DNA of 64,000 nt from Candidatus Kaiserbacteria bacterium CG10_big_fil_rev_8_21_14_0_10_59_10 (lineage in GTDB: Bacteria; Patescibacteriota; Minisyncoccia; Phycocordibacterales; UBA2100). A program made the position numbers and the translations under genes. Shown in pieces: positions 17,428 through 26,035 of the stretch. Position 1 is the first letter of the stretch. Each line of letters begins with the position of its first letter. The stretch lies in the NCBI GenBank assembly GCA_002773285.1, contig PFBM01000021.1, positions 14,312-78,311 of the forward strand, given 5' to 3'. The notes beneath the pieces are model-generated. The model did no database searches. It was not told the DNA's origin and saw only the letters and a program-made list of their open reading frames with translations.

Positions 17428-18092
17428 TGACGCATGCTGCATACATGACGATACGGTTTGTTGATAGAGCGGAGGCAGGGAAGGCACTGGCTGAAGCGCT
17501 TCTGGGTTATCGCAGCGATGCACCTGTCATCTACGCATTGCCCCGCGGCGGCGTAGCTGTTGGGTATGAGATCGCTCGGGCACTACGGGCGCCGCTTGAG
17601 ATCATTCTCACGCGGAAGATAGGGCACCCCCTCAACGCAGAATATGCAATATGCGCGATAGCGGAAGGTGGGGAGCCGCTCTGCAACGAATTGGAGCGCG
17701 CGGAGCTTGACGACGCGTGGCTTGCGGCGGCGTGCAAACGGGAGCGTGCGACACTCGCGCACAGAGCGGCACTGTACCGCGGCGATGGGGCGCGCATCTC
17801 AGCACGCGGTCGAGTCGCGATACTGGTGGACGACGGCATTGCGACGGGGCTTACGATGCGCTCGGCCATTGCGGTGTTGAGAGGTGAGGAACCCAAGAAG
17901 CTTATCGTTGCGGCGCCCGTGTGCCCCGCCGATGTCATTGCAGAGCTGCATGAGGCGGGAGCGGACGAAACAGTCATTTTGGAGAAAGGAAAGCCATATC
18001 TCGGTGCGGTCGGCGCATACTATCGGGAGTTCCCCCAGCTCACCGACAACGAGGTCATCGCCGCTCTCCAGGGGTCGAGGAAAACGGAATAA
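17427..18092 (+). CDS. Phosphoribosyltransferase-family protein (type I PRTase fold). ATG overlaps the sortase stop (ATGA).
   Basis: PRPP-binding loop ILVDDGIATGLTMRSAIAVL and N-terminal hood region. Confidence 0.7.
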   Translation: MTHAAYMTIRFVDRAEAGKALAEALLGYRSDAPVIYALPRGGVAVGYEIARALRAPLEIILTRKIGHPLNAEYAICAIAEGGEPLCNELERAELDDAWLAAACKRERATLAHRAALYRGDGARISARGRVAILVDDGIATGLTMRSAIAVLRGEEPKKLIVAAPVCPADVIAELHEAGADETVILEKGKPYLGAVGAYYREFPQLTDNEVIAALQGSRKTE

Positions 18093-18175
18093 GCGTTTGC
18101 GCTTGCGTCGAGTATGGACGTAGGCGCTCCTGACGAGACATTGCGCAACAGCCGACAGCGTGCACAATATCGCTC

Positions 18176-19453
18176 ATGAGTGAACGCATGTGGGATGACG
18201 CGCTCGCAGTGCTTCGCCGGGCTGCAGCATCCGTTTCCCTTGATCCCTTGCTGGAAGCGCATCTCATGCATGCTGACCGCGCAGTGCAGGTGTCGGTACC
18301 CGTCCTTCGCGATGACGGAAGCGTAAGCGTTTTCGACGGATATCGAGTGCAGCACGACAATACCCTTGGTCCATACAAAGGCGGCATTCGCTATCACCCG
18401 GCAGTAACGACCGACGAGGTGCGCACACTCGCGCTGTGGATGACCATCAAGTGCGCGGTGGTCGGCATTCCGTTCGGCGGCGCAAAAGGCGGGATAGCGG
18501 TTGACCCAAAATCGCTCACCGAGCGGGAATTGGAAGCGTTAACGCGCGAATTCGCACGAAAACTCTACCCGCTCGTCGGACCGGAGCGCGACATTCCGGC
18601 TCCGGACGTGCAGACGAACGCACGCATCATGGATTGGTTTGCAGACGAGTATGGCAAGGTGCGCGGCGAGAGGACGCCCGCGGTCGTAACGGGCAAATCA
18701 CTGAACGCTGGCGGTTCGGAGGGGCGCACAGAAGCGACCGGCTATGGAGGCGCAGAGGTGCTGCTGGAAGTGCTTCGCCGCATGCACGAGCCGTTGGAGG
18801 GGCTGACGGTTGCCGTGCAGGGCTTTGGCAACGTTGGCTTTCATTTTGCGCAAAAACTTGCCGGCACCGGGCTGCGCGTCGTCGCAGTGTCCGATTCGAA
18901 GGGCGGCATCTACGTCCCCGACGGCATCGCAGACATCACTGCGGTCGAAGAGTGCAAAAGGAGCCAAGGGACCGTTGCGGGCTGCTACTGCATCGGCTCT
19001 GTGTGCAATGAGGCGAATAAGGAACAGCTGCACGCGTCGGAGATCTCCGGCGAGGATATATTTTCGCAGGAAGTCGACATTCTCGTTCCTGCTGCACTGG
19101 AAAATGTACTCACGAAGGATACCGCGCCGCGCGTGCGTGCTCGGTACGTCCTCGAGCTTGCCAACGGCCCTACGACGGCCGAGGCGGACGCGGTGCTTCT
19201 TGAGCGTGGCGTAACAGTCATCCCCGATGTTCTGGCGAACGCAGGCGGGGTCGCCGTGTCCTACGCCGAGTGGAAGCAAAACATGGCGAACGAGAGCTGG
19301 AGCCGCGAGCGGGTACTGCGAGAGCTTGAGGATACAATGCGACGCGCAACATCGGAAGTGCTTGAGGAGGCACAGAGCGGAGACATCCCGCTGCGCGATG
19401 CCGCATATCGTACGGCGATCCGGCGCCTGCAAACGGGGGCGCCTTCATCCTGA
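18176..19453 (+). CDS. gdhA: Glutamate dehydrogenase (Glu/Leu/Phe/Val dehydrogenase family)
   Basis: KGGIRYHPAVTTDEVRTLALWMTIKCAVVGIPFGGAKGGI catalytic motif; NAD(P) Rossmann GFGNVG. Confidence 0.9.
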   Translation: MSERMWDDALAVLRRAAASVSLDPLLEAHLMHADRAVQVSVPVLRDDGSVSVFDGYRVQHDNTLGPYKGGIRYHPAVTTDEVRTLALWMTIKCAVVGIPFGGAKGGIAVDPKSLTERELEALTREFARKLYPLVGPERDIPAPDVQTNARIMDWFADEYGKVRGERTPAVVTGKSLNAGGSEGRTEATGYGGAEVLLEVLRRMHEPLEGLTVAVQGFGNVGFHFAQKLAGTGLRVVAVSDSKGGIYVPDGIADITAVEECKRSQGTVAGCYCIGSVCNEANKEQLHASEISGEDIFSQEVDILVPAALENVLTKDTAPRVRARYVLELANGPTTAEADAVLLERGVTVIPDVLANAGGVAVSYAEWKQNMANESWSRERVLRELEDTMRRATSEVLEEAQSGDIPLRDAAYRTAIRRLQTGAPSS

Positions 19454-19493
19454 GCGCGCGTAAGGACACGCTGAGCGCGTCGTCCTCGTATGC

Positions 19494-19934
19494 ATGGATT
19501 CACGAAGCGGCGTCTATGTGATAGCCGGCTTTGCGGCACTCGCGCTTCTCCTTGCGCTTGCCGCGTACCACGTATTCTTTCGGGACGGGGACGAAGCCGC
19601 GTTTAACGCGCTTTCTCTCGAGGAGCGCATGGCTATGTGCCGCTCTCTTCCGAACGGTTCTTCGCATGAAGTGCGCACTGCGGAGCGCTTGTTCATCAAC
19701 CTCCCCGAGGATATATATCCATACGCACATCGCTCTTTTGTATTCGAGGGGGCCAGGGCCGCGCTCGTGCCGAGCGGCGAAGCGCTCTATATAGACGAGT
19801 CGTTCAAGCGCGGCCACTGCGTCACGCACCTGTACGAATTTAGCGGCGAGGGCAGCGTGGAGCTTGTGGTATCGAGCGCACGCCATGCACTGCCCGAATA
19901 TCGGGTATATGTGAGTGTTGTCGCTAACGAGTAG
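19494..19934 (+). CDS. Membrane-anchored hypothetical protein (N-terminal TM + about 110-aa extracytoplasmic domain), immediately upstream of otsA
   Basis: VYVIAGFAALALLLALAAYHVFF TM. No family assigned. Confidence 0.45.
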   Translation: MDSRSGVYVIAGFAALALLLALAAYHVFFRDGDEAAFNALSLEERMAMCRSLPNGSSHEVRTAERLFINLPEDIYPYAHRSFVFEGARAALVPSGEALYIDESFKRGHCVTHLYEFSGEGSVELVVSSARHALPEYRVYVSVVANE

Positions 19935-20102
19935 TGTGTGCATCACGCACCCCTGCTGCACAATGCGCCGCTCCTCCACTCGCGCTCTAGCCCATCGAAG
20001 CTCATCCACAGAGAGAGCTGGCAGCCACTGCGCTGTATGATACAGTGCTGCGGTACGAGGCCCTGCCTCCTGCCGCCAAAGGGCTGGCAGCATACGCATG
20101 CC

Positions 20103-22331
20103 ATGCGACAAGTATTGATCATTGTGGCTGTTGCCGTTACAGCGGTGACCGGCGTGGTCCTACTCTTTACGCACGTGCAGGTGCGCACCGAAAGCGACGT
20201 ACTCGCACGAGACCTGGAGCAGCGCACCCGCATACTTGCGGAAAGTTTGCAGGAATCGGTCGAGCCCGCATACATCGTGCAGTCGCAGAGCGCGCTTCAG
20301 CGTATCGTCGAGCGCTTTGCCAACCGCCAACCTCTCGTCGGGGTAGCCGTGGTCGACCGCGCAGGCACGGTCGTTGCGGCGTCCGAACATGTCTCGGAGG
20401 CGGGGGTAGTCGGCGTCGTGCCGACCGTCTCAGCGCTGCAGGGTGAAAGCGGTGGGAGCTTCTTGCGTACTGCGGAAGCGACCATGTATGTGTATGCGGT
20501 GCCGCTTACGGATGAAACAGGCGAAGTGACCGCGGCGATGGTCGTCGTGCAGGACGCCTCCTACATAGACGAGCGCGCGTACAGCACATGGTGGAACAAT
20601 ATCGCCCGCCTTCTTGCGTACGTGCTGCTTTTTGGCGCTGCGGTGGCGCTTCTGGTGCGGTGGGTCGTACTGCGGCCGCTCATGGCCCTCGCTGCGACGG
20701 TCAAATCGGCGCGCACGGGACGCGGCGGCCTAAAGGCATTGGAGCCGCTGAAGCAGAACTTATTTTTCATGCCGCTTGCGCGCGAGATATCGGAGATGAC
20801 GAAGAGTCTCGGACAGGCGCGGCATGCGGCGAGCGAGGAGGCGCGCCTCCGGCTTCAAAAAATAGATACACCGTGGACGGCGGAGCGTTTGAAGGAATTT
20901 ATCCGGACGTATTTAAAAGGCCGTCCCATCTACGTAGTGTCGAATCGCGAGCCATACGCGCATACGCGACGCGGCAACGAGATACTGTGGTCCGTCCCTG
21001 CAAGCGGCATGGTGACGGCGCTTGAGCCCGTGATGGCCGCGGCGGGCGGGATGTGGATAGCGCACGGCGGCGGAGATGCGGACAGGGAGGTGACGGACGA
21101 GAGCGGCAAGGTCGCGGTACCGCCGGATGACCCGAAGTACACGCTTAAGCGCATATGGCTCGAGCCCGAAGAAATAAAAGGCCACTACGACGGCTTTTCC
21201 AACGAGGCGCTGTGGCCGCTATGCCACACCGCGCACACGCGCCCGATATTCCGCAATGAGGATTGGGCGATGTACAAGCGCGTCAATGGGAAATTTGCCG
21301 AACAGATACTCTCTGAGCTGAAAGACGTTCAGCGCCCCATCATCCTCATACAGGACTACCATTTCGCGCTCCTGCCGCAGATGCTGAAAGACGCGCGCCC
21401 CGATGCGCAGATAGGCATCTTTTGGCACATTCCCTGGCCGTCACCAGAGGCGTTCAGCATATGCCCGTGGCGCAAGGAGCTTTTGGAGGGCATGCTTGGC
21501 GCCGATATCGTGGGCTTCCATACGCAGCAGTACTGCAACAACTTTCTCGATACCGTAGGCAAGGAGATAGAATCACTCATCGATTTCGAACAGTTCGCCG
21601 TGACGCGCGACGACCACGTGTCGTACATCAAGCCATTTCCCATATCGATAGCATTCACGAACGGCGCCGAACGCGACGAGGCCGACAAGCCCGATAAAAA
21701 GGTGCTCTCCGTTCTCGGCATAAAGACCGAGCGATTCGGGCTAGGCGTCGACCGAATGGATTATACGAAAGGCATTCTTGAGCGCTTTAAGGCCATTGAA
21801 TTTTTGCTCGAGAAGCATACGAAGTACAGAGAGAAGTTCACGTTCCTGCAGATCGCGCCACCTTCGCGCGAGGGTGTCGAGAAATACCGAGAATACGGCG
21901 CTGCAGTGAAGCAGGAAGCCGATCGCATCAACAAGCGTTTCGGCAAGAACGGCTGGCGACCCATCGTTCTCGAGACGCGGCACTACACCCACAGCGAGCT
22001 CGAACCGCTCTACCGGCTCGCGGACGTGTGCGTCGTAACCTCGCTGCACGACGGCATGAACCTTGTCGCCAAGGAGTTCGTCGCCGCCCGCGACGACGAA
22101 TCAGGCGTGCTGGTGCTCTCGCAGTTCACGGGCGCCGCCCGTACGCTCAAAGGTGCGCTCCTTGTCAATCCATATAGCGCGGAGGAAACCGCAGAGGCGG
22201 TGCATAAGGCCCTCTCCATGTCGCCGACCGAGCAGTACCGGCGCATGCGCGCCATGCGCAATACGATCAAGGACTACAACGTATACCGCTGGTCCGCGGA
22301 GCTCATTAAAGCGGTCGCCAGCATCGCGTAA
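20103..22331 (+). CDS. otsA: Alpha,alpha-trehalose-phosphate synthase (GT20) fused to an N-terminal TM / periplasmic sensor-like domain / TM / HAMP-like linker
   Basis: GT20 core from IYVVSNREPYAH...GGLV.ALEPV...WIAHGGG...FSNEALWPLCH to the C-terminus. N-terminal 300 aa: TM1 LIIVAVAVTAVTGVVLLF, about 190-aa extracytoplasmic domain, TM2 LLAYVLLFGAAVALLVRWVVL, then HAMP-like RPLMALAATVKSARTGRGGLKALEPL...AREISEMTKSL. Confidence 0.85.
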   Translation: MRQVLIIVAVAVTAVTGVVLLFTHVQVRTESDVLARDLEQRTRILAESLQESVEPAYIVQSQSALQRIVERFANRQPLVGVAVVDRAGTVVAASEHVSEAGVVGVVPTVSALQGESGGSFLRTAEATMYVYAVPLTDETGEVTAAMVVVQDASYIDERAYSTWWNNIARLLAYVLLFGAAVALLVRWVVLRPLMALAATVKSARTGRGGLKALEPLKQNLFFMPLAREISEMTKSLGQARHAASEEARLRLQKIDTPWTAERLKEFIRTYLKGRPIYVVSNREPYAHTRRGNEILWSVPASGMVTALEPVMAAAGGMWIAHGGGDADREVTDESGKVAVPPDDPKYTLKRIWLEPEEIKGHYDGFSNEALWPLCHTAHTRPIFRNEDWAMYKRVNGKFAEQILSELKDVQRPIILIQDYHFALLPQMLKDARPDAQIGIFWHIPWPSPEAFSICPWRKELLEGMLGADIVGFHTQQYCNNFLDTVGKEIESLIDFEQFAVTRDDHVSYIKPFPISIAFTNGAERDEADKPDKKVLSVLGIKTERFGLGVDRMDYTKGILERFKAIEFLLEKHTKYREKFTFLQIAPPSREGVEKYREYGAAVKQEADRINKRFGKNGWRPIVLETRHYTHSELEPLYRLADVCVVTSLHDGMNLVAKEFVAARDDESGVLVLSQFTGAARTLKGALLVNPYSAEETAEAVHKALSMSPTEQYRRMRAMRNTIKDYNVYRWSAELIKAVASIA

Positions 22332-22333
22332 CC

Positions 22334-23107
22334 ATGTTGAGCGCCGCGCGGCACATCGATGAAATAGCGAGGCGCGTGAGGCGTGCGGGCGGCGCACTCT
22401 TGTTCCTTGATTTTGACGGCACGCTTGCGGAGATCGCTACGACGCCGGAGTCCGCGCGCATGAGCGCCCGAACGCGGCGCGCGCTCAAGGCGTGCGTTGC
22501 GCGATACCGCGTTGCAGTCATTAGCGGGCGGGCGCTCGCGGACGTCCGCAGAAAGGTGGGTATGCGCACGGTGGCCTACGTCGGCGGCCACGGAACGGAA
22601 TACAGCATTGGCCGTCTGCGGGGCGTGTCGGGACTGCCTGCCGCTCTTCGCGCGTCACTCCGTGACGCGGCACGGCGCTTTCTGCCATTGTGCAAGGAAT
22701 ACCCGGGATTGCGCATCGAGCGTAAACCTTCGTCCGTTTCGGTACACTACCGCCGGCTGGAGCCGCGCGCGCTCCGCTCATTCGCGCGAATAGCGCGGCG
22801 GCTATGCACGGATATAGCGGCCGAAGGGTCGTTACGTATTATGTTCGGGAAAAGGGTCCTTGAATTTATGCCCGCTATCGGATTTGGGAAAGGGCATGCA
22901 GTGGGCCTCTTGCGGCGCGAGTTGGACCCTCGCCGCACACTGCCGGTCATATATATCGGGGACGATACCACGGACGAGGAGGCATTTCGCGCACTTCCGC
23001 GCGAGATTACCGTACGCGTGGGCGTGCGCCGCAGCAGCGCCGCACGGTACGTTCTCCGCAGGCGCGCCGACGTCGACCTGCTTCTGGAGCGGCTTGCCAC
23101 CTTGTAG
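22334..23107 (+). CDS. otsB: Trehalose-6-phosphate phosphatase (HAD-IIB)
   Basis: LLFLDFDGTLAEIATTPESA (DxDGT motif I); GKGHAVGLL; IYIGDDTTDEEAF (motif IV). Confidence 0.8.
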   Translation: MLSAARHIDEIARRVRRAGGALLFLDFDGTLAEIATTPESARMSARTRRALKACVARYRVAVISGRALADVRRKVGMRTVAYVGGHGTEYSIGRLRGVSGLPAALRASLRDAARRFLPLCKEYPGLRIERKPSSVSVHYRRLEPRALRSFARIARRLCTDIAAEGSLRIMFGKRVLEFMPAIGFGKGHAVGLLRRELDPRRTLPVIYIGDDTTDEEAFRALPREITVRVGVRRSSAARYVLRRRADVDLLLERLATL

Positions 23108-23221
23108 AGGCGAGCGCACGCCCGTGCGCAGCTGTGCATAACTTGCACCGAACGGTCGACATGCGTGTAAAAATATAGACAAGGGTCGATGTTACCGTTA
23201 ATTCGTGCGCACATTGCACTT

Positions 23222-23464
23222 ATGAAATATTTACACATTGCGACATTTTCGCTCGTCATCATCGGCGGTGTTAATTGGATGCTTCTCGCGCTTACCGGTT
23301 GGGAGATAGGAGCGCTCTTTGGCGGAATGGACGCCCTGCTATCCAAAGCGATTTATGTGCTGGTGGGTCTTTCGGCAGTGTACCTCGCTGTCATGCACAA
23401 GCGTGCATGCCGCGAGTGTTCTGTTGAGGAGCAACATTCCGCACCCATGGGAGCGGCGATGTAG
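23222..23464 (+). CDS. DUF378-family small membrane protein
   Basis: MKYLHIATFSLVIIGGVNWMLLALTGWEIGALFGG...AIYVLVGLSAVY matches DUF378-like architecture. AT-rich promoter-like region upstream. Confidence 0.6.
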   Translation: MKYLHIATFSLVIIGGVNWMLLALTGWEIGALFGGMDALLSKAIYVLVGLSAVYLAVMHKRACRECSVEEQHSAPMGAAM

Positions 23465-23586
23465 GGATAGCGTTTTTTACAGGCAGCCGGCTCGCACGGA
23501 TGCGCGCCGGCTGTTTGCGCGCGGCGGTGCGCGATGCGAGGGTACCGGGATTCGACCCGGCGCGCGCCGAGGTGTAGGATACGAGC

Positions 23587-24825
23587 ATGGCATATGCACC
23601 GAGCGATACCGTCCTTAAGAAATACGCCGACGTGTTGGTCAATTTTGCATTGGGGGGCGGTAAGGGTATCCGAAAAGGCGACGTAGTGCGCCTTTCCGCA
23701 TACGAGGCGGCGAAGCCGCTTTTTATCGCCGTCCACAACGCGATAATCGACGCGGGAGGCCATGTTATCTCCAACTACGGCCCGGACGAGGAGCAAGGCG
23801 ACAAGCGGCGCAATATGAATTACACCCGATATTTTTTCGAGCACGCGAAGCCGCATCAGCTGGATTTCTTTCCAAGAAAATACCTGCGAGGGCTCATTGA
23901 CGAGATAGACCATTCCGTTTTCATCATATCCGAAGCCGATCCTCACGTGCTCAAGGGCGTTGACGCGAGAAAAATCATGCGCCGTGGCGTCGCGATGAAG
24001 CCCTTTATGGACTGGCGGCGCAAGAAGGAGAACAAAGGCAAGTTCACATGGACTGTTGGCCTCTATGGCACTCCGGCTATGGCACGCGAGGCCGGCCTGT
24101 CGGAGAGGGCCTACTGGGAGCAGATAATCAAGGCGTGCTTTCTCGACAAACGAGATCCGATCGCTGCGTGGAAGAGTGTCTACAAGCGGCTAGAACACTA
24201 TCGGACCAAGCTCAACAAACTTTCGCCGCGTATTGACCGCCTGCATGTGCGCGGGCGCGACGCCGACCTCTGGATACGCCTGGGCGAGAAGCGCGCATGG
24301 CTCGGCGGTTCCGGCCGCAATATTCCCAGTTTCGAACTTTTTACCTCGCCGGACTGGCGGGGCACTGAGGGTTGGATACGCTTTAATCAACCGCTGTACC
24401 GCTACGGCAGCAAAATAACGGGCATCGAGCTTGCGTTCAAGGGGGGACGGGTCGTTACAAGCAAAGCACGCACGAACGAGCGGCTGCTTAAGGAGATGAT
24501 AGCGACTCCGGGCGCCGACAAGGTCGGGGAGTTTTCGCTTACCGACAAGCGATTCTCGCGCATAACGAAATTCATGGCGGATACGCTTTTTGATGAGAAC
24601 GTTGGCGGGCCGGAGGGGAATACCCACATTGCCCTCGGTATGGCGTACGAAGATTGCTATGCGGGGGACGTAGCGAAGCTCACGAAGAAAATGTCCGCTG
24701 CGCTCGGCTATAACGACTCGTCGGTGCATACGGACATCGTCTCGACGACTCGGCGCACGGTAACGGCTCACCTGAAGGACGGTACGGAGAGAGTCATATA
24801 CGAGAACGGCGTCTTTACGCTGTAG
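23587..24825 (+). CDS. Aminopeptidase, M29 family (AmpS/PepS-like)
   Basis: N-terminal LKKYADVLVNFALGGGKGIRKGDVVRL and overall length/architecture typical of thermophilic M29 aminopeptidases. Confidence 0.75.
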   Translation: MAYAPSDTVLKKYADVLVNFALGGGKGIRKGDVVRLSAYEAAKPLFIAVHNAIIDAGGHVISNYGPDEEQGDKRRNMNYTRYFFEHAKPHQLDFFPRKYLRGLIDEIDHSVFIISEADPHVLKGVDARKIMRRGVAMKPFMDWRRKKENKGKFTWTVGLYGTPAMAREAGLSERAYWEQIIKACFLDKRDPIAAWKSVYKRLEHYRTKLNKLSPRIDRLHVRGRDADLWIRLGEKRAWLGGSGRNIPSFELFTSPDWRGTEGWIRFNQPLYRYGSKITGIELAFKGGRVVTSKARTNERLLKEMIATPGADKVGEFSLTDKRFSRITKFMADTLFDENVGGPEGNTHIALGMAYEDCYAGDVAKLTKKMSAALGYNDSSVHTDIVSTTRRTVTAHLKDGTERVIYENGVFTL

Positions 24826-24898
24826 TGTCAGATGGCCGCGGCAGCGCCAATACCAATCCTTGAAGTGTTGAGGCCCGCGGCGCCATCGCGCCGCGGGC

Positions 24899-25045
24899 CT
24901 ATGCCGCCTTCCTGTGCCGGCGTGTAATCCAACGCCACCCATAAAAGGCACGTGCCCAATGGGTATACCGGGCAAGACACACCTTGCTGCAAAAGTAGAG
25001 CGCGTCCCCGCACGGCAGCACGATGGTGTGCTTTGAGCCGTCCAT
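24899..25045 (-). CDS. YHS/TRASH-domain mini-protein (about 48 aa; metal-binding motif)
   Basis: LPCGDALYFCSKVCLARY fits the C-G-x...YFCS-x2-C-x3-F YHS/TRASH signature. Internal Met of ORF 24899..25099. Confidence 0.4.
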   Translation of the reverse strand: MDGSKHTIVLPCGDALYFCSKVCLARYTHWARAFYGWRWITRRHRKAA

Positions 25046-25283
25046 GGAGTGTGGCGACGTACATCTCAGATATCCGCATCGGTCCCGTCGTGACCTCATC
25101 GCATCCTCCAGTTCCCCGCTAACTCAACCGTAATCCCCTGCGGGGTATGAGTCAACGATATGTACACAGGAGCGCGATGCCTGCGAGTGTCCCGGACGCA
25201 CGTCATAGCGGCTTCATGCGGACGCACGACAATGGAGGCGGGATAAGGTCGTGTTAGCAGAAACTAAGCGCGAGTAACTTCAT

Positions 25284-25436
25284 ATGTTGTGGACGATCGC
25301 TGGTATCCTTGTCGTGCTCTGGCTTCTTGGAATGATAACTGCAACGACGTTCGAGGGGTTCTTGCACGTACTTCTCGTACTGGCAGCGGTGGCTATTCTC
25401 ATACGGCTCATTCAAGGCCGAAACCCAATTCAGTAG
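25284..25436 (+). CDS. lmo0937-family small membrane protein (50 aa)
   Basis: Translation read by eye: MLWTIAGILVVLWLLGMITATTFEGFLHVLLVLAAVAILIRLIQGRNPIQ. This closely matches the widespread ML(W)TI..ILIVLWLLG...LIHILLVIAI..LIRLIQGR mini-protein. Not in the ORF track (<60 aa). Confidence 0.5.
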   Translation: MLWTIAGILVVLWLLGMITATTFEGFLHVLLVLAAVAILIRLIQGRNPIQ

Positions 25437-26035
25437 TCAGATGCGCAACCGGGAGAAGCAGTTTTGCCGTTTTGTTGATTCTACGAAGTAGACTTTGCGA
25501 AAAATTGATATACCGCTGTGCTGTCCGGTCGGACATGACAGCGGTATACGGGGATGCGCCGCTTGTGAGCAGCAATTCCTTCACATGCGCATGGAAGAGC
25601 GTCGTGCGGGGGTACCATGCTCATCGGGCCCATCTTTACAGGACAGCCGCTCCTCCGTGCGCTCGCGGGACAGATACCGTTCACGCTTATGCACCTTGCG
25701 GGAACAATAGTGTTTGCGACGACTCTCGGCCCCGTACTCTACCGATGGGTCGTTCAGAATGAAGTACTTGAAACACACGTAGCGTGGCAACGCGTACTTG
25801 CGTACGCGCGGCGGATCTAGCGCCTCTCGCGAGGCGTAAAACGCGGCAGCTGCAAAACAAAGACCACCAAGGCGGTGCAGGGCGGGGGTGACCGCAACAC
25901 GCCTTGGTGGTCTAGCCGCGCTAACGGGGGGTCGCGCGGAATTTGCTGACGCTAGCATACTACAGGGTCGCGCTTTGTAAAGGGGCCGATGAATTGCCTG
26001 CCATGTCCGTCGGGATGCTATTATGAACGGCACAT

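Noticed and set aside
18698-19432. 244-aa minus-strand ORF opposite gdhA
   Set aside because: Antisense to an unmistakable GDH.
24826-25283. RNase P RNA or tmRNA in the long non-coding stretch
   Set aside because: Conserved P4/CR-I/CR-V RNase P elements and a tRNA-like tmRNA 3' end (GGTTCGA...CCA) were not found on either strand. This needs covariance-model search to exclude properly.
25820-26035. T-box or lysine riboswitch upstream of lysS
   Set aside because: Only a weak resemblance (GGGGGTGACCGC) to the T-box core. No specifier-loop or antiterminator architecture could be verified by eye. Downgraded to a generic candidate-RNA note.
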